NCBI RefSeq assembly: GCF_009914755.1
Contig: NC_060942.1
Source: the human T2T-CHM13v2.0 reference genome, Homo sapiens
Strand: one strand, 5' to 3'
DNA: 64,000 bases
Shown here: in pieces, positions 18,763 through 32,830 of the stretch
Numbering within the stretch: position 1 is the first letter of the stretch
How the letters are laid out: each line of letters opens with the position of its first letter
Position numbers and translations under genes: made by a program
Notes under the pieces: generated by a model
What the model was told of the DNA's origin: nothing
The model's database searches: none
What the model saw: the letters and a program-made list of their open reading frames with translations, nothing else

Positions 18763-19291
18763 TGTAGGGGAGGAAAAAATTTTCCCTCTACTGTTTTAGG
18801 GCTTTTTTCTTTTTCAGATGGACCTAATAATTAAATTGGCCTAAGACAGATCAACAGGAGAAAAACATACACATTTATTTAATATAAGTTTTACGTGGCA
18901 CAGGAGCCTTCATAGGGAAATGAAGACCCGAAGATGCAGTCAGTGATGAACATATGTACTGAATTAGACAAAGAGTAGGAAATTAGGAAAATGTGACACA
19001 GCAAAGGAGCTAGGGGTAGAGTCCTTAATTCAGTGGAGAAATGACTAGGAGCATAAGGATTAGTCTAAGTTTGTTTGCACAGATTTTCCTGGGCCTCAAC
19101 TTCTGTTCTTGATGATAGTAAGAGTGACGCTTTCCTTCTGGTAAAGGGAGGACATCTTTCTCTTAGGAATTTCATCTCCTGCTTTGGAGAAACAGAAGAA
19201 AGGTCAGAGTGATTTTTTGCACCTGCTGCTTTTCAGATGCTTTTAACTCACCATAGTCAATTTGCCAGAGTGGCTTATTTTAAACTCTTCA
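18763..19291. mobile_element. Solo LTR, probably ERV1 class (MER34/MER39-like)
   Basis: TG...CA termini (TGTAGGGGAGG...ACTCTTCA) flanked by a perfect 4-bp TSD CCTA (18759-18762 and 19292-19295). Confidence 0.75.
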
Positions 19292-19599
19292 CCTAAAAAG
19301 CCATCAAGATCCTTATTTAAAGTGGAAAACTCTTACGTCTGCCTTTCTAGGTTCTTCATAAATTGGTCACTATACCTCTGCAACCTAATGTCCAACTGCC
19401 CCTTCTGGTGTACTGACTCCTGGGCCCTCCATGCCCATCTCCATATCCATCAATTTGTTTTTGCTCTCCACTACATCTGTCATAGAACTTTCTTCTTTTC
19501 TGATTCTCAGTCCTAAAACAAATGGCTCAAGGCTGATGTCCCCAGAAAGTCTTCTTGGAGTTACTCTAGCATACTCTGATGATAACAGCAATACTTTAG

Positions 19600-20730
<1,131 letters not shown>

Positions 20731-20736
20731 GGTCTC

Positions 20737-21313
20737 TGTGGTAGATAGAATTATGAGAGAAACCTCAATAGTCCTCTATAATCCCCTCCTCTTGAATGCA
20801 AACAAGACCTATAATTCACTTCTAATGAATAGCACATGAAAAAAGGTAAAGAAATTTTACAGAAATAATTAATGTTCTTAATAAGTTGACTTTGAGTCAA
20901 TGTAAAGGGAGATTACCCTGGGTGAGGCTGACCTAATCAGTTTAGCCCGTTCAAAGAGGGTCCAGGACTTCCCTGAAGTTAGAAATGATCTCCTGCTGGC
21001 CTTGAAGAAGCAAAAAACTACATCTTGAACTTCCTATGGAGAGGGGTGTCCTCTAGGAGTTGAAGTCATCAGTCCTATAGCTGCAAAACACAGAATTCTG
21101 CCCACAAGTTCAAGCTTGGAAGATGACTCTGAGTTTCAGATGAGAATAAAACCCAGTCAACAGCTTGACTGTAGGCTTGTGATATTCTCAGCAGAGAGTC
21201 CACTTAAGTTGTTCCCATACTCTTAACTCATAGAAACTGACATGATATATGTATGTTGTTTCAAGCTGCTAAATTTACAGTAATTTATCACACAGCAATA
21301 GAAAACTAATACA
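20737..21313 (+). mobile_element. MaLR solo LTR (MLT1E-like)
   Basis: TGTGGTAGATAGAATTATG...GGGAGATTACCCTGGGTGAGGCTGACCTAATCAG...GCAATAGAAAACTAATACA. Confidence 0.8.
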
Positions 21314-21648
21314 AGAGGTCTAGGCTGAATACATAAATTTAGAAGTCATAAGCATATAGATGATCACTACACTTTGATTACAAAATTAAATTTACTAGAA
21401 ATATAATTCTAAACTTATATGCACCTAATAGCATGGCATCAAAAAATATAAGGCAAAAATTGATAGAACTATAAGAAATGGCTAAATCCATCGTCAGCAT
21501 TTTTTAAATGTACTTCTTTCAGTATTTGATAGAACATTCAGACAAAATTAGCAAGAAAATAAGAATATTTGAATAACAGACTTAAAAACTTTATGTAATG
21601 GACACACATAGTACACTATTTCCAAAATGTATAAAACATATATTCTTC

Positions 21649-21956
21649 TTTTTTTTTTTTTTTTTTTTTTTTTGAGACAGAGTCTCACTCATTGCCCAGG
21701 CTGGAGTGTGCAGTGGCACGATCTTGGCTCACTGCAAGCTCCGCCTCCCAGGTTCACACCATTCTCCTGCCTCAGCCTCCCGAGCAGCTGGGACTACAGG
21801 CACCCACCACCATGCCGGCTAATTTTTTTTGTACTTTTAGTAGAGACGGGATTTCACCGTGTTAGCCAGGATGGTCTCGATCTCCTAACGTCGTGATCCT
21901 CCCGCCTCGGCCTCCCAAAGTGCTGGGATTACAGGCGTGAGCCACTGCGCCTGGCC
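21649..21956 (-). mobile_element. AluY-like element within an old L1M fragment (~21370-22130)
   Basis: Full Alu with long poly-T. Degenerate TSD AAAA(C/T)ATATATTCTT. Confidence 0.95.
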
Positions 21957-24900
21957 AGAAAATATATATTCTTTTAAGCAGCAAGAAGCAAAACCAAGCC
22001 AAGCAACATATATCAGCAGTATGAGTCCATTTTTATAAAAGTCAAAAACAGGCAAAACTAGACAAGATTTGCTTGAGGCAGGTACATATGCAAAACAGGA
22101 GAATCCTTAACACCAAAATCAGGAGGCTGGTTACCTCTTGAAGAGAGAGAATGAGAGGAGAACACAGAGGGTATGCTGAGACAATGCTAAATTCCCTTTT
22201 ATTTTCCTTATTCTATTTCCCCTTACAATAGGTGGGATATGAGCAGAAGTCATACACACATCTTCATGGCCTGGTCCCTTAAAACATCCTATAAGATTCT
22301 CACATTATCTCTCTTTCTTTCATCTGCAGAGGAACCAGGGGATGACTTGAGGTGGTGAAAGGTGGCAGAACTGCCAAATGGAAGTAACCTAGGTCCCTGA
22401 ATGACTTAATGGAGCAGAATTTCTCCATTGATCCTCACGGAATTGTGTCATGAATGTGAAACAGGCCTTTATTGTATTAAATGCCTGAGATATTTGGTTG
22501 GTCAAATCTCCCCTGATTAAACAGTTAATCTCCCCTGACAAAAGTAGGACACTTCAAAGATACTGGAAAAATTCTTTCCCTTCAGTGTGATAGTGAATAC
22601 ATGGATATTTATCTTTTATTATTCTTTAAATTGTCAATATATGTAATTTTACTTTAAACATTAAATAAAATATTTAATGCAAAAAAGTGGCAACTAGAAC
22701 TCTGAAACTTCTGCTATTGATGAAGTAAAGGCTTTTTTACTCTGCCTCCTTTTTTTGAAAAAAAGAAAACAAAAATACAAAGTATAAAAACCACTAACTG
22801 TCAAGCATACCTGCTAAATCGTGTAAAATCTAGAGGGAGAAGAGAACAAGAATCGACACATCTACCTTCAAACCTTGAGCTTAATATAGATTTTTGTACA
22901 AATAATATTAGTCCCAAAAGGCTGTCCAGCAAATCTTACTGGAACAGTGGTACATAAATAGGTGATAAAGAAGGTGTATGTTTTCCTACTGAAACTCAGA
23001 ATAACTGGGGACATCAGGCTGGAGAAAATAGCACACTCTCCTACCGTTTTTATTAGCTATGTAGTGGTCTCCCAGATGAGGGTACTGTGGGAGAAAACAG
23101 AAGAAAAGCGCATGACTACAAAATCACAACACAGTGTTAGGGGCTTTGCATGTTTCCAACTTGAGGGTAAGTGAAATAAACTTGGTGACAGAGGATATTC
23201 TAAACAAGACCCACACTGGAGCTGTAGGCTCCCCGTGTACAACACCTCCTGCCATTCCACATCATTAGTCCCCTTCAAGAATGGAAAACAATCAAAAAGT
23301 GGCTTATGAACTAGAGGCGCAGGCAAGAGGAAAGGGTGGGCATGGGGAGGACATGGATTAGGCACAAAAGAATGCAGGAGGTAGCATTACATGAGTCCTC
23401 CTAGAAGAAACTCCTTGATCATGAAATCTATTTATTCACAAAATAAACTAAAATAAAGAGAGAGGAGTGAAAAGACTGGTTTTGTGCACTGACTACATTT
23501 AAATATGAAAATACGAAACATAATATAATAAAAATGTAACCAAAATCTAAAATGAGGAAAGGAAATTGAAAGATTCTACATTTCATTTTTATTTTCTTAG
23601 TATACAGTAAAACTGACTTGGTGGGGAGCATACAGTCCTATGAAGTATTGTAAATGTACAAGGTTCATAAAGAGAACGTGGTTGTTTTACATTTTATTTT
23701 ACCACGAAAGTGTTTTTTCTAAACTGGTCAGTAAATACCACAAAAGGCAAAACAAAAAACAAAACAGTTAATCATTGAGTTCTACATGCAATATCAGGAA
23801 TACTTCTCAGGTAATGATTAGGTATTTATTTATTTCCAATAATTATGATTTTCAGTGTAATTTTGCTTACTTCTGAAGATAGGTTTTATAGTTCTACTTT
23901 GCTATTTCTTCTGTAATTGCAATGTTTTAATACATGCACAAATAAAACAGCTTCACTCTCCATTGTTTTACTTGTCCTTTCTGAGACTTTAGGTAAAATG
24001 ACCTATTAAATACCATGAATGAAAAATGGTTATGTACTTGGTCTAGAGGTCTGCATTCTGTTTGCAGGGAATTCAAATATACTTATAATATCTAGAATTA
24101 TTCCCCAAGGCACAGTCTTTTACACGGATTTATTATCAAAAGTTTCCATTTGTGCAAAGTCTTATTATCATATTTGTATATTCAATAAACTTAGAGTACA
24201 AATAGCTTCCAGCTAATAATTACCTACACAAATTGCTTACATAGCTATTTTCTTTTAATGTCAAATTCTGTATGGAAGTCCACCTTTCATACTGCTATAA
24301 ATTCAAACAACTTTTAACTTATGTTATTCATGGTCTTGGAACTTTTAAAAAATATCTGAAATAAAAATGTATTAACAGTTTAATAAGATAACTAAATGTG
24401 ATTTTACCCAGTTTTCTTGGGTGTTGAAATTCTTAGTGGTATGAGTGTCCTTTGTCTTACCACTGATATAAATATGAGTAGCATGGGAGTGGGAGGGGGA
24501 TAGGGGTATAAGAGCAAAGCTGTTATATTATTACCTTTATTTTAAGATAATCAGTACTTCTTAAGAACATGCTCCATCTCCACAACAATTTGTTACTATT
24601 TTCTTCTTATTAAAACAATATCAAGTTTAAACTGATTACTAATATATTTGTCTTAATATAAGCTGAAGATGAACTGTAATTTTCCTAATAAGGAGATTCC
24701 ATCATAGTGAATTTTAACCTCAAGATAGTGTAGGCTGGCAGTATCAAGAGACCAGTTCTTTCTGACTTTTTCAGAAACTCGAAACTCTCCCTCTTTGCTA
24801 TTATTTATAATAATTTATCAACTTACTATATGAAATATGAGTGGAAATAACTATCCATATTCTTATCTTTGGTTTATTATATTGTACATTAAGATACATG

Positions 24901-25859
24901 ATATATTGTATGTTAAGATATAAGAAGAGCTACATGTTTTCTTTTTATCATATACCAAAAGGCACCAATCTACTTGCTTTGATTAAGTTACCACACATAT
25001 CTGCAGGAGCCCTAAATATCATCTTAGCACCATGCAAAGTATTCCTACAGGGACCTGATTAGAAATATTATATCATATGCTTTTACAGTATGAGGAATAT
25101 TTTAAACATTTATTTTGAGGTTAAAATTTTCCTGAAGAAATAAATTTTTATTTACAAATTTATAAATATTTTTATTTAACCTCATTTACTTTGTCCCTGT
25201 CATAGAACCTGTACTTGATGGATATTTGTTGACTAAATCGAGAGCTTTGTCTTTTGATAATTGTATACCTGTGTTATTAGGCTGTAAGTATCTGCTTCTA
25301 ATATATTAGCACTAACAGTGCTTGCCAGTCTTCCTGAAGTTGCAGAGTTGAGAATCACACAGGATTCTAAATGTCACTGTAGCCCTGGCCAGATCTATTC
25401 TACACTGAAACTGCATTCTGCTAGGTTGTAGACATTTTAGTGAAAATCATCAGTAATCTCATACTTTGTTTTGTAGGCGAGCACCAATGTTTAGGAAAGA
25501 CATGGAAGAATAAAACACATATTGCCATAGATGACTCATTTCCCTTTAAAATTTCTCATGTTGAAAAGTTCTCATATATAACTGGAAAAATGAAAAAAAT
25601 TATTTTATCTAATACATACTGATATTATCATATTATGTATTGTCTCCTACATTGCCTGAAACATATTCTTCTAAGGATAATTTTTTCTTTAGTGCTTATA
25701 TATAAATTATGGAATTATTATAGAATGTTGAATTAAGATATTTAGATACTTTAGAGAAGACACTCTGTTAATTAAACAACTTTCAAACATTTAAGCTCAC
25801 TTCAAGATATAAAAATTATTTTATCCTTTGGATAGCTAACTTAAAATCATAGGATATTT

Positions 25860-26985
25860 TTTCTAATTTTTATTTTGAAAAATGTCTAGCCTACAGAAAT
25901 TAGCAATATAACAAGTGGCATATAATCTCTTTATCTAGATGTAAAAATTATTAACATTTTGCCATAATTATTTGCCTATTTCTCCCTTTCTTACACTTAA
26001 AACATTTCTTTTTGCTGAACCATTTGAAAGTTGCAGATATGAGATTTCACTTCTAAATACTTTCAAATATATCCTCTCCCTAAAGACACATCCTTCTATA
26101 TAACCCCAATATGATGATCACACTCAAGAAATTGAACGGGGATGTAATACTGTTATATGAGCTATAGCCCAAATTCACATTCCTTCCATTGTTCCAATAT
26201 TATCCTTTATAGATTTTTTTTCATCCAGAATCTAATCAAGAAGGATGGATGTCTTGCAATTAGTTGCCAGGTCTCCTAGTCTCCTTTAATCCTGAACAAT
26301 ATTTCAGGCTTTTTTTGTTAATCACACTGACATTTTTGAAGTGTCCAGGTTAGTTGTAGTGAAGAAAATCTACCAGTTTAGATTTGCCTGATCGTTTGTT
26401 TCCTCGTGATTAGACTCAGGTTAAACATTTTTAGCAGAATACTTCAGAAGAGACTTTTGTGTCATTCTTCATGTATCATAAAAAAAATACATGATTTCAA
26501 TTTGTACTACTTCTAGTGATGTCAAGTCTGATCATTTGATTAGCTGGTATCTGTCAGACACCAACCATAAAGGGATGTCCCCCCTTTTCAATTAATAAGC
26601 AATCTGTAGGGTGACATGAAGAGATAATGTGAATATCCTGTCCCCATCAACCATTCACCCAATGGCAGATGACTTTTTTATTATTCTTGTTATGGTGGTT
26701 GCAAAAATGTGGCTCTACTATTTCTTTTTCATTATCAGCTTGTATTCTTCAGTGAAACACAGCCTTTCCTTCTCTCCACCCAATCTGTGCATTCACACAC
26801 TCTGGGTTCACGGATACTTTTCTTAGTCAATGTGCTCTAATCCATTACATACATTATTACTCTTTATATACAAAAGATCCCAAATTTGGCCAGGGAGAGT
26901 CTTTTAAATCTGGCTATGTCCTTCTGATGTGCCCTCATTTGTTTTTGAGCAATTCCTTGCTTTCTGGGACAAAATGTTCAAGAGT
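25860..26985 (-). mobile_element. L1MC4/5-like 3' end
   Basis: TTTTATTTTGAAAAATG...CTGAACCATTTGAAAGTTGCAGA...CCCAAATTTGGCCAGGGAGAG...TTGAGCAATTCCTTGCTTTCTGG. Confidence 0.7.
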
Positions 26986-27764
26986 TTCCCCTAAACTAGT
27001 TGAAGCAAGAAGGCTTTAAATAAAAACAGTGCTAACCCAACTCAGTTTTAATGCAGCATTTTGAATTCAGTCACGAATGTTAGCATAGTATCTAAAACAT
27101 AGTAAGTGCCCATCAGTATGATATAGGTCTTCCTTAACTATTTTATACCTTGTTTGAATCTTTTGTGCAATTCTTAAAAATATAAACCTTTAATTTATAA
27201 CATAGACTTTTATATTACTTTTTCAATTTCACCTATTTTTTTCTTATTTTAATTTTTGTTCTCCTTTATCTTCCTTATTTTCATATAGGGGCCATATGAA
27301 TAGGTAACTTTCAGAGGATTTTTGTTTTCTTCAATATGGTAAAATCTTAGACCACTTCTTAATGCCGGAATGTATACAAACAGCAGAGCATAAAACCCCC
27401 ATAAAGTGAAGCCTTTTAAAATTCCTGAAATTATCAAGGGATTCCACATGTCAGAGGAAGTAATATAAAGGCATGCCTGGGCATTTATTTATTTTGGGGG
27501 GTGTAAGAAATTCAACAGCCCTGCCCTACTTTCTAAATAAATGTAGCAACACCCAAACCACATCTAAATTATGGAGAGGAAAGAGAAATAGAACGAGGAG
27601 TATGATATTTGGAGAGGTCACAAAGAAAAAAGTGGGGCATCATAGCTTACAAACTTTATTTTATTTACTTATTTGTGTATTTTTTATTAGAATGTGAGGG
27701 TGGATACATGTGTGTGTTTGCATATGGCACATGTGTATAACTTTGTACATGTGGAGTTAGAGAT

Positions 27765-28700
27765 GTTCACTCAACATTTATTCAACAAATATTTATTACA
27801 CTTCCTCTCTGAAGCAGGCGTTGTAGTATTTGTTAGGAATACAAGGACCATCAAAACCAGATGGATCCCTATCTTAGCGGTTAATTAAATAATTATACAA
27901 ATAAATGTGAATTTGCAACTCTTCTAAGCACAATGGATACAGATACATAAATGTGTATATACTTATATGTATTTTATAAAGGGATTTAATTCAATTTAGG
28001 GGTAAGAGATGGTTCATTTGAGGAAGTGACATTTGAGTTGATATTTTCAAAGTGTTAACTAAGAGTTAACTAGAGAATGCTTGAGTTTGTGTTTTTAGGG
28101 GATGGGGGGATGGGAGAGAGCTGGAATGTTAAGGCAGCTTGAAGAAAGCCAGGCAGCTGAAGCTGAGGGAAGAATGGGAGCATCTAAAGAGATAAAAGTG
28201 GAGGAGGCTGTCCTTGCTGGGCTACAAAAATCAGGTGCTGAGTTTTGGTCTTTATCTTAAGCAAAGCAATGGTAATTCATTTAAGTGTTATCCGTGGTTG
28301 CAAGGTGATAGTTTTCATATTTGCATTTTGAATGCAAATATAATATCTGGTATCCCATTGGAGGATGAATTTGGGGGTGGGGAACAATGCCAGGAGATCA
28401 GTCATGGAGACATTGTTGTTTTTCTACACAAAGGATGGTGAATGCTTACACTTGTGTGACGGCAGAGGCAGATTTTTGTAATTAATTTTGGAGGTCAAAA
28501 TCAAAGCCTTGGTAATGGAATTGAAGGAGAAGTAATGTCAAGATTAAAACCAGATTGGACTATGGGAACCCTGCACCCTTGAGGTGAGATGAGCAGAGAT
28601 CAGGAGTTTGATTTTGACATGTTTCATTTGATGTTTCTTTAAGATAGACAAGAAGAAATGCCAGGTGTATGAGCTGTATCTACAAGTGGGCAATGTAGAG
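27765..28700 (-). mobile_element. L2 fragment
   Basis: TTCACTCAACATTTATTCAACAAATATTTATT tail, GAGGAAGTGACATTTGAG, CAGGAGTTTGATTTTGACATGTT. Confidence 0.65.
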
Positions 28701-31126
28701 GGACTTTCTGAGCTGCGATTATGTTTTATAGAGTGTTCTGCATTAAATATATATCAATAATCTCAAGCCATTCTTACTGGTTAGTACTTGGTATATGTAT
28801 GTTGAGAAATCCCAAGGTGAATCAAAGGTCTGAGGTATTAGATGAACAAGCTCTGGTACCTGGGATTTCAGTGATTTTCAAATTCATTTCTATTCTAAAT
28901 GCTGTTCTAATTCCCTGATCTGCAAAATCTGAAAAAATGACTTTGCTAGACTTTTAGCAAGTAGCAAGTGGTATATTTATAGGTTGAAGTTACAAAAGTG
29001 ATCATGCAAGAGGAGGATTAGTATTTAAATTATTTAACAATCAGCACAATTTGGACTCCAGCTACAAATAACCAGTAAGACTATACCAGTGCATCTAGCT
29101 GAATGCCAGCCCTGCTGGAGTAATAAAATCTCATTCTCTGATAATAAAAATTCCTAATTGAAAATAGAGTGCAAATGTTAGAAGGTAAAAGGGTGTTGAT
29201 AGTTACTGCTTTTTGTCCAAAAAATGTCACTAACACCTAAGCATTTTTTTTAATAACTTGAGAAATCGATCTTTTGGGGAAAAAAATTACCCTCCTTCTA
29301 ATCGACTGTTCAAAGAATCCTGTAAAAAACTAAATTAATTTAGATGATAATTTCTTTAAAACTGTGCCTATTTAATTTTTAAATGTATTCATTAAAGTAT
29401 ATAATCAACATCACTATTTTACCTAAATCCTTACAGACTATATTTGCTTAAAGTAAGCTGGACCTATAGGTCACCACTTTAATTCCATCTGTGAAAAGAA
29501 AAAAAAAAGAAAGAAAACAATAGAAATGACCGCAAAACTAAGTGGAATTTTGGGCTTCTTGGTACTGAAATTAATGGAAAAGTAAGTATCGTTTCTTCAT
29601 TTGAATTGACGGTGTCATCTTATTTGGTTTTCCCATTTTCACATAAATCTAACAGAGCCTTCTGAAATTTCTTTTACCACATTAGCTGGGTATATTTTTC
29701 CTTTTCTTAACCATATTCTTTAGTGTTATAGAGTTCAGTTTAGGGTAGCATTGAAGTACTATAGCAAAAGGAGGCACTCTGAACAATGGGAGTGGAATGT
29801 GCCATATCTGTTTACTCTGACAAAGAAGGTTTTCTCTTGTATAGCAGAGTTAACAGTACAAAGAGGAAGGAGGGTTTTACTTCCACAATCTTTCCCTCTA
29901 TTCCATACAAAAATAAAAAGCAGAGTAAAAGGCAGATATTCCAATAAAATTTCACTGCCTATATAGATCTTTGTGCTGTTCAAATGAAAGAAACACCTTA
30001 TTTTCCTTATCGCCTCCCCAATCCAACAACTTCAATTTCATCTTCTCTGAATCCCCATTGCACCACTATACTCGCATTAGAAATTGTAACAAAAGTAGAC
30101 CGAATAAAGTTAGGGGTCAGTCTGAGGTTGAATGTTGGGCCATTCAACAGACCAAGAAGCTTCCAGTAAGAATGAACAATACACAGAAAACAATCACAGA
30201 TCAAATTGTGTTCTGTACAATTGCTGCATCCTCTTTGTCGGAAAAGCTGCCTCTCTTGATTTGGTAAAACATGTCCTTCTATGCAGAGAATTTTGTGATT
30301 GTGTCAAAGCAATTGGTTATTCACACACATACACACCACACACACATATTATTGACTTCAATCTCAAGTGCTGCGCTTACATTAAAAAGCTTCTTTCTTT
30401 AAAAAGAATAATATATACAATGGCCTAAAAATATGTAACGTGGACCCTGACTGGGAAGAAATCTAAGAAAAAATATCTCACAATTTGATAAATTCAAGAT
30501 GGTGTAGCTAACACTCAAATTACATTTCATATTAACTCTTCATTTTCAAGAGCAGATCTTAAGTTACAGTCCAGTAGACAGAAGTAAGAAAGTTTGAATT
30601 TCACTCTCAATTTCCTCCTTGCTTCTGGGATCCTACACCCTCCTGTATGTTGTATATATGAGTAATCTTCAAAACCCTCTAATCTCTCTGCAAATACTGT
30701 ATATTGCACAAAGAGAAGAGATGTTGGTGTGCTTTTAGGATGTCAAGAGTGCACAGGTTAAATACCTCTGAAACAGACAAAACTGACCACACCCCTTACC
30801 CTCAACTTCTAATATGCTGCACAGGATTCATCTACCACAAGCAATATAACAAAATTCTAATACAGCAGTTTATTTGGGTTGGAAATAGCTTTTGGGCTTT
30901 TACTATAAGCATACTTCATAGCACGTAGTTTTGTGGTATAAATTCCAGTATTGGACTAGTGCAGTTCTTTTTTGCATAAGCATGTTTCAAGGGCATTAAA
31001 AATATAAGCCTTAATAATACCTCCTTTCCTGTTTTTTCAAAGCCTAAAATTATGTGTGTATACATATATGCTTTCATAAATATGCACATATATACATATA
31101 CGTACATGCATACATGTGTGTGATAA

Positions 31127-31128
31127 TG

Positions 31129-31169
<41 letters not shown>
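31127..31169. repeat. (CT)n(AT)n microsatellite after an AT/AC-rich low-complexity tract
   Basis: Directly visible. Confidence 0.9.
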
Positions 31170-32669
31170 GAAAACTTTCAGTGCTTTATGGAGATATACA
31201 TTTAAGCAGTTAAGGCCTAAGACCACTAAAATATTACCCAGCATGTACTTCAGTTTGTCACCACTTATTGTCACCCAAAAAAGATAGATTCCTAAGAGAA
31301 ATAAGGACCAGAAGAAGTGAATTTTTACCAAGGTGACAGCGACAGAAAAAGATTAGAACATGACCTGCTTGAGGGCAGTGAAGTCTGTGGTTCTGATCCA
31401 TTAGAGCCAGTGTATCAGTGAACAAATGGGATGGTCCTACTTAAAAGAAGTAAAGATAGATAGGTAGGGGCATGAAAAATAATCCACGCCTACATAAAAA
31501 TCTTGGTTATCTAGCTCTATGGCTCTCATAATGGCAAGTGACACACCTACAGAATATTTTAGGTAGGACTGGGTATGTTCAGGGTTGTCACAAATTATTG
31601 GTGGTGGTAGTGGTGGTGTGCTATTGGCTTTTAGTGTATATGGGGGAGGCAGCCCAATTTAATGAAGAGTTTTTCTAAAAATATTCCATATAAAGTTTAT
31701 GTGTCCTATTTAGCTAAATGTTATGCATATCAAACTGTATAACCTGGTACATAATTACAATTAAGAATTTTATTTACATTCCCACCAAAAGCCGAGCAAT
31801 TTACAAAAATAGTTTAGTTATTTCATGTACTCTATCTTCTAACTCTAGAACTGATAGACTATAATGTTGATAGAAATTAAACTTAAGACCAACTCAGCAC
31901 CAAATCAGTAATTTTTATTTTCAAGTATTTTACTTATTGACAATACGGTGAGTAACCTTCATCTCTTGAAATAGAATTAACATTAGTTAACAACATGGAA
32001 ATGTTCCAGAAAGTACTTTTGGGATTTTAGTGGAAGTATATCAATGGTATTTACTCTCTCATTTGCAAAATATCATACTTTAAAATTTTCTCCACTCCAA
32101 GAGTCTACATTTGACTTGGCAAATTTTCCCTATACCATTAACTTTCTTCTTCCGGTTTTCATCTACAAATAAGTCTGGGTTGTTAGTATCTCAACACTAG
32201 TTTAAGTCTACCCTCATTCTTTCACTTTCGTGCACTTCTTGCACGGGATGTCTTCTAATGTTTTATTTGTCTTAAATTCAAATTTATTCATCATATATTC
32301 ATACAAGCGCTGACTTTACTATGTGTCTAGTGAAGTTATCCCTGAGCGTTAGTAGTGAAATACACATTACTTTTATTTTATTAGTTTTTAAAAATTACAA
32401 CTATATTCTGTAATTATTTATAAATGACTTTTGAGGATAATAAGGGGGTAACAAAATATTTGTTTTTAAAAAAGAGGACAGAGTCTGAGAGGGTCAAGGA
32501 TCACAGTCTGGTCCACGATGACTACTCAATGCATGAAAGAAGACAGCAAATCACAAGCCTTCTACATTTACCTCTGTACTGCTTCATTCTGTGACTATCA
32601 CATATTAGTTGATACCGTGATGGCCAGAAAGAGTTAACTCCCCTACCTAACTAATCTAACTTTCTAAGA

Positions 32670-32830
32670 GGTAGCTGGATGAGGAGTCAGGAGACCAGGT
32701 TTCTAGTTTCTGCTCTGCCACTACCAGTGTGGCCTTTAGCAGTTCATCATGATCACTGTAGGTCCCCATTATTTCTGCAACTGTAAAATGAGGACACAGG
32801 AATAAATTACTTTTAAGATTCTTTCCAGCT
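32670..32830 (+). mobile_element. MIR/MIR3 fragment
   Basis: GGAGTCAGGAGACCAGGTTTCTAGTTTCTGCTCTGCCACTACCAGTGTGGCC...CTGTAAAATGAGG. Confidence 0.65.

Noticed and set aside
25570-32162. Chain of minus-strand micro-exons (32162-32136, 29488-29475, 29319-29291, 25581-) reading ENRKKKVNDGIKVDSLNSRLEGGYI*
   Set aside because: Hand-picked junctions with two weak donors, no start codon and no recognisable homolog; probably chance.
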